Shown here: positions 47,541-57,115 of the stretch, in pieces
Layout of the letters: each line of letters opens with the position of its first letter
How positions within the stretch are numbered: the stretch's first letter is position 1
DNA from: an uncultured Methanosarcinales archaeon
GTDB taxonomy: Archaea > Nanobdellota > Nanobdellia > Woesearchaeales > DATDXC01
DNA length: 64,000 nucleotides
Direction: 5' to 3'
NCBI GenBank assembly: GCA_964510025.1
Contig: CAZDZV010000006.1
Location: 11,143-75,142 of the forward strand
Notes under the pieces: generated by a model
What the model was told of the DNA's origin: nothing
The model's database searches: none
What the model saw: only the letters and a program-made list of their open reading frames with translations
Translations under genes and position numbers: made by a program

Positions 47541-48004
47541 CTGATTCCACCTGCATCTGATTTGCCCTGCCTGACGCCCTTGCCTGCCTTCATCTTTAGC
47601 TTGTCCTTTCCTGTTGCAAGCGCTATTGTATTCAAGGCATGGTCATAGGTCCGGTTGTAGACAATATCATAAAGTTCCTTGTCGCCCTGTGCCTCATCCA
47701 GGTGCACAAAAACCTCGATTATGTGCTTGTTGGCCAGAAGCTGGACAGTGATTATGCCCTGAGAAGCCTCATGCGCGCATGTCTTGTCAACTGGCTTATC
47801 CCCTGGCATCCCCAAAGCCATACATATATCGCAGCTATGCTCTTCAAAAAGCTTCTTGCATGCGACAGGCAGATCTTTAACGCCCGGTACAGTATACCTC
47901 TCAATCTTGATTCCGCTTAGCATACTATCGTCTACAGCCTTCCTCACTATATGGTACATGTCCACCCTGGCGAACATTGTATCTGCTATGCCTATCTTAA
48001 TCAT
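47537..48004 (-). CDS. ribC: Archaeal-type riboflavin synthase
   Basis: IGIADTMFARVDM...VPGVKDLPVACKKL...CAHEASQG...NKHIIEVFVH matches the archaeal riboflavin synthase family. Confidence 0.85.
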   Translation of the reverse strand: MIKIGIADTMFARVDMYHIVRKAVDDSMLSGIKIERYTVPGVKDLPVACKKLFEEHSCDICMALGMPGDKPVDKTCAHEASQGIITVQLLANKHIIEVFVHLDEAQGDKELYDIVYNRTYDHALNTIALATGKDKLKMKAGKGVRQGKSDAGGIR

Positions 48005-48018
48005 GCTGCACCCCCAGA

Positions 48019-48657
48019 TTATTTCGTTATAATGACAGTATCACTTTCATTGATCTTTAGGTATTTTCTAAGATTAACAGGCGAGATTATCTCAATAATA
48101 TCCTCGCCATGCCTGGTTCTTTCAGGAACAACTATAGCTGCTTGTTTCCCCCCTAGCTTTATCTTGTAGCATTTCAATGAACCGAATGTCCTCTCTTTTG
48201 TTTTAAACCCTGATATTTTTATTTCTTCTAGGTCAGATAAAAACAACAAAAGCGATTCCTTGTCTATCTTGACATTTAGTGTGCCTGGATAGGCCTCAAA
48301 CCCGAGTCTGCTGTTGAACTGCCTCTGATAATTTAATTGGGATACATAATATGACCCTTCTCCTATTCCTGATTTCACAGAACCTTCTAAAGAATCTTTA
48401 GCATCAAATAATTTTCTTATCCTGCAATAGTGTTCTTTTAAGAAGCTCCTGCCTTTTTCATCAATATTTAATACAACACCACTTGTAGATGCTAGCCGTC
48501 TTATGAGCCCAGACTGCTCCATTTCCCGCAATTTTCTGCTTATGGACTGTTGGGATAAACCAAATTTTTTGGCTAACTTAATAGTGGATGTTTCAAACTT
48601 GCCAAAAAATCCGCCTTTTTTCGCGATATGGACTAGTAGCTCCAGATATTCATACAT
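48019..48657 (-). CDS. ribK: Bifunctional HTH regulator / CTP-dependent riboflavin kinase (RbkR-type)
   Basis: N-terminal HTH (LAKKFGLSQQSISRKLREMEQSGLI) plus C-terminal archaeal riboflavin kinase (GTLNVKI...ERTRHGEDIIEIISP). Confidence 0.75.
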   Translation of the reverse strand: MYEYLELLVHIAKKGGFFGKFETSTIKLAKKFGLSQQSISRKLREMEQSGLIRRLASTSGVVLNIDEKGRSFLKEHYCRIRKLFDAKDSLEGSVKSGIGEGSYYVSQLNYQRQFNSRLGFEAYPGTLNVKIDKESLLLFLSDLEEIKISGFKTKERTFGSLKCYKIKLGGKQAAIVVPERTRHGEDIIEIISPVNLRKYLKINESDTVIITK

Positions 48658-48675
48658 ATCTTATAGGAATAAGTA

Positions 48676-48703
48676 GATACTTATAAATTTTATGATACTT
48701 ATA
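48676..48703. promoter_or_regulatory. Direct repeat GATACTTATA x2 (18-bp period) in the divergent rbkR / 48763 promoter region
   Basis: Read at 48676-48685 and 48694-48703. Confidence 0.35.
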
Positions 48704-48762
48704 GATGAGTAATTAAAGATAAACAAAAAATATTATAAAACAAGCTGCAACATTGATCATAG

Positions 48763-49944
48763 ATGCAAAAAAAGCTGCTTATTGTTGGCATTGATCCTGG
48801 CACTACTCTAGCCTATGCAGCTATCGATACAGCGGGTAATCTGGTCAGAGTATTCTCAAAAAAAAATATTGATCTTAGCACCCTGATTGCTCACCTGATT
48901 GGTTTGGGCAAGCCGCTGGTTATTACCGGAGATAAAGAGCATACGCCGGAATTTGTGCAAAAGGTGGCTGTGAAGGTTGGTGCGAAGGTAGTGTCCCCAA
49001 GCTACGATCTCAAGGTAGAAGAGAAAAGGAGACTGGTAAAGGAATATGATACTAACAACCAGCATGAGATTGATGCCCTTGCATCTGCCTTCTTTGCTCT
49101 TAACAAGGTAAGCCCGTTGCTAAAAAAGATAGATATCTTCGTGAAACACTATGGCAAAGAGAAGATAAGGAACGAGCTTATAGAATTTGTGGTCGGAAAA
49201 GAGCTTAATATAAAAGATGCGGCCGATATCATCGAAGAGCCTGAAAAAGAGGAAGTGAAGATAATTAAGGATGTTGTTGATGAGAAAAAGTTGTCTGAAA
49301 AAGACTTCCTCCAGCTATACAGGAAATATAAGGATGCACTAGAAGATATTGAATTGCTGAGAAATCAGAATAACAAGCTAAGGGACAGGCTGAAACAGAT
49401 AAAGAAGGACTATACATATATGTTTCAGAAAGCCACAAGATCTCAGTTGGATGATAAGTTGCAGTCCTTATTGACCTTCAAGGAAAGAAGACTAAAGGTC
49501 TATGACAGCCAGATCAGGCAAAAGGAGAACGGAATAAAGGAAATGCAGGATGAGATAACTACCTTGATCTATTTCTTATCAAATGTAGGTTCAAATATCC
49601 TGTTGAAGAAATTAGACAATTTAGGTACCAAGGAATTTCAGAAAAAGGAGGAGATTCTGAATATATCCGAAGGTGATGTCCTGCTGGTTAAAGACCCGGA
49701 CATAATAAGCGACAGCGTGGTTGACAAAATAAGAGATAAGGTAAACTATATATTCTATAAGAAAAAGGTCAGTAGGAAAATAAAGGAAAAGCTGCCTTTT
49801 GTTTTTATTGACTCGGGGAAAATCAGGATCGAGGAAAACAGTTATTTTGCTATCACCGACAAAGACAGGTTTAATGCGCTAAAAGGCGATCAGGACCTGA
49901 TAAAGGATATTGTCAACAACTATCAGAAAAGCAGAAAAGTCTAA
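48763..49944 (+). CDS. Conserved archaeal protein with an N-terminal RNase H-like (YqgF/RuvC-like) fold, DUF460-like, plus a coiled-coil C-terminal half
   Basis: LIVGIDPGTTLAYAAID N-terminus; Lys/Glu-rich helical C-terminus. Confidence 0.5.
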   Translation: MQKKLLIVGIDPGTTLAYAAIDTAGNLVRVFSKKNIDLSTLIAHLIGLGKPLVITGDKEHTPEFVQKVAVKVGAKVVSPSYDLKVEEKRRLVKEYDTNNQHEIDALASAFFALNKVSPLLKKIDIFVKHYGKEKIRNELIEFVVGKELNIKDAADIIEEPEKEEVKIIKDVVDEKKLSEKDFLQLYRKYKDALEDIELLRNQNNKLRDRLKQIKKDYTYMFQKATRSQLDDKLQSLLTFKERRLKVYDSQIRQKENGIKEMQDEITTLIYFLSNVGSNILLKKLDNLGTKEFQKKEEILNISEGDVLLVKDPDIISDSVVDKIRDKVNYIFYKKKVSRKIKEKLPFVFIDSGKIRIEENSYFAITDKDRFNALKGDQDLIKDIVNNYQKSRKV

Positions 49945-50240
49945 TAAAAACGGAACAAGACAGTTACTCTATATACTTGCCTGCTGGTAAGCCTGTTCTT
50001 TGAATGCAGTCTTCTCGAAATCTTCAGCTCTCCTTTAAAGCTTTTCTTCAGCTTCTTGCCCAGGGAAAGCAGAAATCTGTTCGAAGATATATAATAGTCC
50101 ACCCCTGTCTTCAGCTTCTCAACCTTGGCAATCCATGCTTTCTCGTTGTTCTTAAATTGGTTTTTGATAAACCTGAATGCTTCTTCATCAGGATTTCTTA
50201 GCTGCAGTATTCCCTCAAAATATTGCGGATTTTTTTCCAT
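49941..50240 (-). CDS. Small basic hypothetical protein (possibly NMD3-like OB-fold/RNA-binding)
   Basis: 99 aa; YFEGILQLR, SRRLHSKNRLTSRQVYRV. Confidence 0.3.
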   Translation of the reverse strand: MEKNPQYFEGILQLRNPDEEAFRFIKNQFKNNEKAWIAKVEKLKTGVDYYISSNRFLLSLGKKLKKSFKGELKISRRLHSKNRLTSRQVYRVTVLFRFY

Positions 50241-50340
50241 GATATTGTTGATATATCTTTTTTTAAATAACTATCTATATTTTTAACTGAATCTCCCTAA
50301 ATAGAAAGCTTTTTATTTAGGCCGTGAACCAATCATAAGG

Positions 50341-50946
50341 ATGGGCAAAAAAAATAATTTTTTAAAAGGTGTCAAAAAAACCTGGAAGTTTATATGGGAG
50401 GATGACAGTCTCCTGAGCTGGATTCTGAACATAATCCTGGCCTTTGTACTCATCAAGTTTATTGTGTATCCCGGCCTGGGTTTTGTTCTTTCGACATCTC
50501 ATCCTATTGTTGCTGTTGTTTCAGGATCTATGGAACATGACCAGGCTTTTGACGGTTGGTGGGAATCAAATGGGGAATGGTATGTTAGTGCTGGGATCAC
50601 CAAAGAGCAGTTTGCAGGTTTCGATTTTCAAGATGGCTTTAATAAAGGCGACATAATGATACTTAGGGGCATAAAAACAAAAGATATAAAAATAGGGGAA
50701 GTGATTGTTTTTGAGAGCAAAAGACCTGACCCCATAATACATAGGGTAGTGAAGAAATGGGAGCAGGATAATGATTACCTGTTTCAGACAAAAGGGGATA
50801 ATAATATCGGCTCTATAAAATCGCCGTATCTGGATGAGACAACTATCGGAGAAGAACGGATCATCGGTAAGGCAGTATTTCGGGTTCCCCTGCTAGGCTA
50901 TATCAAGATATGGTTTGTGGAGCTTATCCAGTTGTTTACAAGGTGA
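50341..50946 (+). CDS. Signal peptidase I, archaeal/eukaryotic Sec11 type
   Basis: N-terminal TM; VVSGSMEH (catalytic Ser box), GDIMILRG, GDNN box. Confidence 0.85.
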   Translation: MGKKNNFLKGVKKTWKFIWEDDSLLSWILNIILAFVLIKFIVYPGLGFVLSTSHPIVAVVSGSMEHDQAFDGWWESNGEWYVSAGITKEQFAGFDFQDGFNKGDIMILRGIKTKDIKIGEVIVFESKRPDPIIHRVVKKWEQDNDYLFQTKGDNNIGSIKSPYLDETTIGEERIIGKAVFRVPLLGYIKIWFVELIQLFTR

Positions 50947-50950
50947 GAAT

Positions 50951-51271
50951 ATGTTTTGTCCAAAATGCGGTTCAATATTGGTGCCAAAAAAAGAAGGTAA
51001 AAAGACAGTAGTTAAGTGCTCCTGCGGCTATAAGGCAAAAAACCAGGAATCTACCATAATCCGTGAGGAGGTGGTGGATAATACTAAAGAAGTAGAGCTT
51101 ATTGATGATGATAAAAGCCTTGAGACCCTGCCTAAGATGAAGGCAGAATGCCCAAAATGCCAGAACAATGAGGCTTATTTCTGGGAAGTGCAGACCAGAG
51201 CTTCAGATGAGCCCGCAACCAAATTTCTTAAGTGCACGAAATGCAAGCATGTGTGGCGGGACTATAATTAA
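50951..51271 (+). CDS. tfs: Transcription factor S (TFS / RpoM-like)
   Basis: N-terminal CPKCG...CSCG Zn ribbon; C-terminal CPKCQNNEAYFWEVQTRASDEPATKFLKCTKCKHVWRD (TFIIS-type ribbon with the acidic tip). Start at MFCPKCG. Confidence 0.85.
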   Translation: MFCPKCGSILVPKKEGKKTVVKCSCGYKAKNQESTIIREEVVDNTKEVELIDDDKSLETLPKMKAECPKCQNNEAYFWEVQTRASDEPATKFLKCTKCKHVWRDYN

Positions 51272-51813
51272 AGTATATAAGGGTTATTTCTAGCTTGCTC
51301 GAGAACACCTACTAGCTGCACCAGGCCCTCAGCTCCTGGAAACCCATTGCCTATATAGCCTCTTGCTCTAAGAATATCGCATGCGTCCCTGAATTCGTCC
51401 CCGCCGCCTGTCACCATCACAACAGCAATACGTTGGGTAGCAGCATCTCTCCCAAGCAAAGCCAGGGTTTCAATGCCTGATTCATCATGAGAATAAGACA
51501 GGGTGTTTCCTGTTCTTGGATGTACAATCTGGATTCTCCTGCTATCAACAGGCTCTCCTTGAACTAATCTTTTTGTGCTATAATTTACAGCTAAGAAAAC
51601 CATCAGTGGATCTAGTTCCCTTACCCTATCAGCTACAGACTCAGGGGTTGTTTCGGCTGAAACAGCTTCTGCAACAGCATCATAACCAGCATCCTTCAGC
51701 GTACTTATGTAAAGATCCGCTAACTCAGTTCTAGGATGAAACACTGCAATCTTATTTGGCATACAGGATATGTATAAAGCTTTACTATATAAATGTTTGT
51801 ATTTAGTTATCAC
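51268..51813 (-). CDS. Hypothetical alpha/beta protein (NYN/LabA-like?); GC-rich relative to its neighbours
   Basis: IAVVMVTGGGDEFRDACDILRARGY resembles the NYN C-terminal block. Probable start at MPNKIAVF. Confidence 0.35.
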   Translation of the reverse strand: MITKYKHLYSKALYISCMPNKIAVFHPRTELADLYISTLKDAGYDAVAEAVSAETTPESVADRVRELDPLMVFLAVNYSTKRLVQGEPVDSRRIQIVHPRTGNTLSYSHDESGIETLALLGRDAATQRIAVVMVTGGGDEFRDACDILRARGYIGNGFPGAEGLVQLVGVLEQARNNPYIL

Positions 51814-52036
51814 TTTTAAGTGATGACTGCCCTACAAACCTAGAATTCTGCAATTTTAGGCTTTAATGCGTCTTTCATGCAAGACATGAATAACGACTCT
51901 GTGCTTCTCTTTGATCGGCCCACATCGGCTTTCTATTTTCATTGAGCCCATTTTATTTATATATAGGCAAGATAATGCTTTGATAATATATAAAAGCTGT
52001 GTTTATTTTGGGGAATTTGTGAGTCGACAAATCCCT

Positions 52037-52966
52037 CTAAATTATGATGTCTTTTAGGATTCCTTGTTTTACTAATTCGATATTTATCAAGTAATCATTA
52101 TGCAGAAAAGTTTCAAATAATGATTTCTTTGTTGTTTTCCATCCAAGACCATCGGTAATCCAAATTAAGTCGATTCCTTGTTTTCTTAAGAAGTCTGATA
52201 AGTACTGATATTCACCAGCTGTTGACTTTAATTTTGACCCACCGCCACTATAATAATTGGTTTCAATTACAAAAATCTTATTTTTTGATTTCTCAAATAC
52301 TGCAAAATCAAATATTCGATTGGTTTTATCAAGTTCAATATCAAAATTCCATTTCTCCTTGATCTTTTTTTGTGTTGCTTGCGGAATGTAGTCCAAGTTA
52401 TTTTTCTCTGAGAATTTCAGTATTATCTTCTCAACAATGCTCTCCATTGATTGACCTGTACGGTTTTTTCTTGCATTTGTATCCATTCCTACTTCGACAC
52501 CAAAGCAATAGTCAACAATATTCTTAACATTTTTATCTTTGAATATACTTTTTAATCCCGATTCCTTAAAGAAAATTAGTATGTCTTCTCTTATATCTGA
52601 AGTAAGCTCAACATCAGGATTAAATAATTCCAGTTTACTACCAGACTTTAGCTCTTCAAAATCATCAATGATGTTTACTGCCTTTAATTTGCTTTTTCTG
52701 ATAGCAATGAGAATTGGAAGAACCTTTCTTACATTTGGATATTCAGTAATAAGTTCAATGAATTCTTTTTCTATATCGCTTTTTCCAATTAACACATTAA
52801 GAAGATTTAGCTCTTTTTCAATTAAGTGAGTGTTATTCTTAACTTTCTCAAAATCAACAAAATAATCCCATGTAAATATGGAATCTGTCAAAGTTTGTAC
52901 AAGATAGTCAAATATCCCTTTCTCATCTTTTAGGTTTAATTTTTCATATGTTTGTAAGTATTTCAT
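52037..52966 (-). CDS. Type II restriction endonuclease, R.DpnII (DpnB)-like; GATC specificity inferred
   Basis: YCFGVEVGMDTNARKNRTGQSME and FDFAVFEKSKNKIFVIETNYYSGGGSKLKSTA closely resemble my recollection of R.DpnII blocks. Confidence 0.7.
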   Translation of the reverse strand: MKYLQTYEKLNLKDEKGIFDYLVQTLTDSIFTWDYFVDFEKVKNNTHLIEKELNLLNVLIGKSDIEKEFIELITEYPNVRKVLPILIAIRKSKLKAVNIIDDFEELKSGSKLELFNPDVELTSDIREDILIFFKESGLKSIFKDKNVKNIVDYCFGVEVGMDTNARKNRTGQSMESIVEKIILKFSEKNNLDYIPQATQKKIKEKWNFDIELDKTNRIFDFAVFEKSKNKIFVIETNYYSGGGSKLKSTAGEYQYLSDFLRKQGIDLIWITDGLGWKTTKKSLFETFLHNDYLINIELVKQGILKDIII

Positions 52967-52975
52967 TTCTTCACC

Positions 52976-53809
52976 TTAATAGTTTGTAACGACAACTTCA
53001 TTTATCTTTCCCCTTTTGTCCCCATTACAATTGATCATTCTTGTTGCCTGAACAAAATGGATTTCATAATTAGGATATAATTCTTTAATAAATTTTGTAT
53101 CGCTATTGCTTAACATCACAAGGCAACCATTATCATCCAGTTTTTTGAATACTTCAGCAAGCTGTTTCTGCTCTTCTTCTAAAAATGTGTCTTTTGTGTA
53201 GGTTGTAAAACTCTTTCCTTTTTTAAGTGGATAATAAGGAGGATCAAAATAAATAAAGTCTCCTTTATTTGCTAGATTAACAACCTTTTCGAAAGACATT
53301 ACTTTAATCGTAACATTTTTCAATAATTCTGAAACTAGTCTTAATCTATCTTCTTGGACAATATCTGGATTTTTGTAGGAACCCATCGGAACGTTGAATT
53401 TTCCCTTTGAGTTTACTCTATATAGTCCATTGAAGCAAGTCTTATTTAAATAAATGAATCGTGCTGCTCTTTCAAGAGAAGGTAATTCTTTTGGATTTGT
53501 TGCACGAATTGTTAAATAATATTTTTTGCCTTCAACCATATGATATTCCTTATGCTGTTTTAATTCAATTATTAATCTCTCTACATCACCCCTTATGGTT
53601 TCGTAAGCATTGATTAATTCTTCATTTATGTCTGAAATAATAATTTCAGAAGGATTAAACTTTTGAATTATATAGAAGAAAACTGCTCCGCTACCAACAA
53701 AAGGCTCTAAATAGCGATTAAACTTCTTTGGAAATAATGGCTCAAACTGTTCTAAAAGTTGACCTTTACCGCCTGCCCATTTAACAAATTTGGGGATTTG
53801 GATATTCAT
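52976..53809 (-). CDS. Dam-family N6-adenine DNA methyltransferase (alpha class, DpnM-like)
   Basis: KWAGGKGQLL, EPFVGSGAVFF (motif I), FIYFDPPY (motif IV). Confidence 0.85.
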   Translation of the reverse strand: MNIQIPKFVKWAGGKGQLLEQFEPLFPKKFNRYLEPFVGSGAVFFYIIQKFNPSEIIISDINEELINAYETIRGDVERLIIELKQHKEYHMVEGKKYYLTIRATNPKELPSLERAARFIYLNKTCFNGLYRVNSKGKFNVPMGSYKNPDIVQEDRLRLVSELLKNVTIKVMSFEKVVNLANKGDFIYFDPPYYPLKKGKSFTTYTKDTFLEEEQKQLAEVFKKLDDNGCLVMLSNSDTKFIKELYPNYEIHFVQATRMINCNGDKRGKINEVVVTNY

Positions 53810-55563
53810 TTTTTATTCTCCACCAATTCAGAAACAAATACTTTTAAATTGTCTGTTACCAAATAACTTTTTTCTAATAATTTTTCACATATCATCTTAC
53901 AAATATACTTTTTCAACCCTTCATCACAGAAATTAATCACTTCTTTATCTGAATTTTTACTTTTTATCTTTTCAGTTGCAAAATTCAAAATTTCACTATT
54001 ATTATATGCCTGATTTGTTCTTTCCTTAAATTCATCATAAGCCATAATAGTATAGTGGTTTCTTTTATCTTTTAAAAATTCATTAATTGTTTCTAAAATT
54101 AATTTTGGTTCAAAAATATCTTCAATCTCAAAATTAGCTACATTATTTTCATAATTATCAAAACGCTTAACATATTTACATTCTACACTAAAACAGTTAT
54201 ATGTTTTTGACTTTATTTGTTGAAATATACTTTTTCCAGCTGTATCAAAATCAAAAAGTGCGATAATTTTTGGCTTAAAAGATAGATTATTGCAAAACAA
54301 TTCTAGAAATTGTAGGTAACCTTTATATTTATCAACCCCTCCTGCAACAAGAATATTAGGTTTGATAATTTTTAGTTGTTCAAATAATGCAAATAAATAA
54401 TCTTTATCTTCCTGTCCTTCCACCAATAGATTGAAAGGCAAGATCTCCCAAGAATCATTCTTAGAAATTCCTAGGTGCTCTTTGACCATGTACACTTTTT
54501 CAATACCTGCAGCATTATTTATTCTTGTATTTACTTCATAGAATTTCTCGTCTTTTTTCCTGATGTATTCTTTTAATTGTATATCTGCTTCTAGCAAAAC
54601 TACTTCTTCCACTTTCTCAAGCCGTATAAAATTTGGAGAATGTGTATTAATAATGGTTTGATATTTTTTTGAAAGTTGAAACAAGATATCACTTACCCTT
54701 TTCTGAAGTGATGGTTGAAGAAATGCTTCTGGCTCGTCAAACCCCCAGATAATCTCTTTTCCAGTTTTATCAGATATATATTCGATTAAAGAGTATAAAA
54801 CAATTCTCTGAATTCCGCTCCCTTTTGTTTCAATTTTGTTTGAATTGCTATCAATCAGAGTAAAATCAATTAAATCAGATAAAACTTCTCGTAAGTTAAT
54901 GTATTTTGGGAATAGAATTTCTGCCCTCCATAATGAATTATCTATCCCATTAATTCCATTTGTATATTTTTTGATATTTTCAGTAAGTTCTTTTTTTATT
55001 TCTACTAATGCCTTTTCAGATTCTTCAATAAAAGTATTCAAATGTTCCATTGGTTTTGTTTTTCTTTTTCTCAGATTATCCAGGGGAGTTAATAATTCAT
55101 TACTAACAAACCTTGCAATCTCTTTAGAAGTGTCAATATTACTAGCTTCGACCATAATAAATTGATATTTATTTAGAACATTTTTACAATCTTTATCGCT
55201 CATTAGGGTTTCTTGTTTACCTTTTACTTTTATTTTGCCCTCTATCGTTAATGATTTGATTCCCTTTTTCTGCTCTTTATATGTTGTAGAAATAGTAATT
55301 CTATCTTGATTTTTATTAACAAATTCAGCTGTGATTTTTGTTCTGAATCCTGCTCCTCTTTTTCCATAGTAGATATGATGAGGAATATCCTCGTTAGCAT
55401 TAAATTTATTTTCGTCTAACGAGAAGAACAAATTTATAGCTCGTAATACATTTGTTTTACCAACATTATTTGAACCACAAATGATTTTATAGTTATCATT
55501 AGAGAAATCAATCTTTAACTTACTTATTGATCTGTAATTACTTATACTTATTTTCTTTAACAT
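53806..55563 (-). CDS. OLD-family nuclease (class 1): N-terminal AAA_15/ABC-type ATPase plus C-terminal Toprim
   Basis: Walker A GSNNVGKTN; Q-loop/signature region; Walker B IIWGFDEPEAFL; H-loop INTHSP; Toprim LLVEGQED and FDFDTAG. ATGA overlap with the Dam gene. Confidence 0.75.
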   Translation of the reverse strand: MLKKISISNYRSISKLKIDFSNDNYKIICGSNNVGKTNVLRAINLFFSLDENKFNANEDIPHHIYYGKRGAGFRTKITAEFVNKNQDRITISTTYKEQKKGIKSLTIEGKIKVKGKQETLMSDKDCKNVLNKYQFIMVEASNIDTSKEIARFVSNELLTPLDNLRKRKTKPMEHLNTFIEESEKALVEIKKELTENIKKYTNGINGIDNSLWRAEILFPKYINLREVLSDLIDFTLIDSNSNKIETKGSGIQRIVLYSLIEYISDKTGKEIIWGFDEPEAFLQPSLQKRVSDILFQLSKKYQTIINTHSPNFIRLEKVEEVVLLEADIQLKEYIRKKDEKFYEVNTRINNAAGIEKVYMVKEHLGISKNDSWEILPFNLLVEGQEDKDYLFALFEQLKIIKPNILVAGGVDKYKGYLQFLELFCNNLSFKPKIIALFDFDTAGKSIFQQIKSKTYNCFSVECKYVKRFDNYENNVANFEIEDIFEPKLILETINEFLKDKRNHYTIMAYDEFKERTNQAYNNSEILNFATEKIKSKNSDKEVINFCDEGLKKYICKMICEKLLEKSYLVTDNLKVFVSELVENKK

Positions 55564-55579
55564 TATTTCCCCAGTATAG

Positions 55580-56365
55580 TCAAATAAGCTTATTCTTTAT
55601 AGAGTTTATCCTTTTTATTGTGGTTTTTAAAAAATTCTCCTCTTTATCAATACCTATAAATTGTCGATTAAGCATACTTGATACAACCCCTGTAGTACCA
55701 GATCCATTAAATGGATCTAGTACAACGGCATTTTCTTTTGTTGAAGATGCGATAATTCTTCTCAATAATTCTATTGGCTTTTGAGTGGGATGCTTTCCAT
55801 GAGTCTTTTCGCTCATTGGAGTTAACGGAATATGCCAAATGCTCCTCATTTGTTTACCTTTTGGAGCAATATTATCATCCCATTCCCTCATTAAATCATA
55901 ATTAAAAACATGAGGAATCTTCCCATCTTTTCTTGCCCATAAAACAGTTTCATGTGCATGAGCAAAATACCTGCAGCTTAAATTTGGTGGTGCATTAGGT
56001 TTAAACCATGCAATTTCATTTAATAATTTGAAATTGAGCTTTTGTAACGCATATCCTACTTGGTATATATTATGCATTGTCCCAGAAATCCAAATAGTAC
56101 CATTATCTTTTAATACCTTACGACATGCATTTATCCATTCATAAGTGAATTTGAAATCTTTGTCTATTCCATTAGATTTATCCCAGTCTGCTTTATTAAC
56201 TGAGACCATTTTACCAGCCCTGCAAGAGATCCCTCCGTTAGATAGGAAATAAGGTGGATCTGCAAAAACCATATCAACAGATTTTTCAGGTAATGTGTTT
56301 AGAATACTAATACAATCATTATGGAAAAGTTGCACAGTTTCAGACTTGTAATAGGGTTTAATCAT
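55580..56365 (-). CDS. N6-adenine DNA methyltransferase, beta class (DpnA / M2.DpnII-like)
   Basis: MVFADPPYFLSNGGIS (motif IV first), NGTIWISG, NLSCRYF, GKHPTQKP, VLDPFNGSGTTGV (motif I last). Confidence 0.8.
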   Translation of the reverse strand: MIKPYYKSETVQLFHNDCISILNTLPEKSVDMVFADPPYFLSNGGISCRAGKMVSVNKADWDKSNGIDKDFKFTYEWINACRKVLKDNGTIWISGTMHNIYQVGYALQKLNFKLLNEIAWFKPNAPPNLSCRYFAHAHETVLWARKDGKIPHVFNYDLMREWDDNIAPKGKQMRSIWHIPLTPMSEKTHGKHPTQKPIELLRRIIASSTKENAVVLDPFNGSGTTGVVSSMLNRQFIGIDKEENFLKTTIKRINSIKNKLI

Positions 56366-56495
56366 TTATAAATCTAATAAAGTCCTTTATTATAAACTTT
56401 GTTATTAAACTTTCGAAATATTACTATTTTCTTTGCAATGAGCCGTCTCATCGCCCCCTCTCTTCGCAGATCCTTCTATATACAATGCAAGCCTT

Positions 56496-57113
56496 ATGTA
56501 TTACATACTCCGAACGTTGCTTATAAACGATGGGAGCCTTAAATTAGGTGGTGATAAAATGACCTTGGAATATAAGCGTGAACCTCTAGAAGAGGATGAA
56601 GTGTTGGCTTTAAGGAGAGCATCTACTTTCTTTGAAGAAGAATTAGTTATAAACTGTCTGTTAGATACTGGCATGAGAGTATCAGAGCTTGCCAACCTAA
56701 GAGAAGAAAATATCTCCTGGCAAAGAAACTGTATCAGCTTGATAGGAAAAGGTAATAAGCGTAGGGTGATCCCAATGAGTAAAAGAGTAAGGCTACTCCT
56801 ATTAGACTGTTTTTCTCACAATAATACCAAATTTCCATTAGCCATGCGAACAATCCAAAAATATGTTAAAATCGTGGCAGACAAGGCAAGGATAAGAAAA
56901 ACTGTAAGCCCTCACGTGCTAAGACACACATTTGCAGTAACCTATCTTCACAGAGGAGGCAATTTAAGGGCATTACAGGCTATTCTAGGGCATAGTTCCA
57001 TAACAACTACTGATATTTACCTCAACTACTCAGGGAAGCGAGTTATTGATGATTTTCAAAGAATATGGAATGAGCCAGATACAAATAACAAGTTATTGAC
57101 GGGGTATTTTTAA
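56496..57113 (+). CDS. Tyrosine recombinase/integrase (short XerC/D-like)
   Basis: R..(box I) ...HVLRHTFAV...LGHSSITTTDIYL (R-H-R-Y catalytic set). Confidence 0.75.
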   Translation: MYYILRTLLINDGSLKLGGDKMTLEYKREPLEEDEVLALRRASTFFEEELVINCLLDTGMRVSELANLREENISWQRNCISLIGKGNKRRVIPMSKRVRLLLLDCFSHNNTKFPLAMRTIQKYVKIVADKARIRKTVSPHVLRHTFAVTYLHRGGNLRALQAILGHSSITTTDIYLNYSGKRVIDDFQRIWNEPDTNNKLLTGYF

Positions 57114-57115
57114 AA

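Noticed and set aside
51814-52036. Hairpin TTCATGcaagaCATGAA (~51895-51915) as a terminator or att core
   Set aside because: A single short stem in AT-rich DNA, not followed by a T-tract on the relevant strand; insufficient evidence.
56430-56480. GC-rich patch (gagccgtctcatcgccccctctcttcgcagatcc) as a tRNA fragment or att site next to the integrase
   Set aside because: No T-loop (TTCRANT) or acceptor/CCA features on either strand; only a short 5-bp hairpin.
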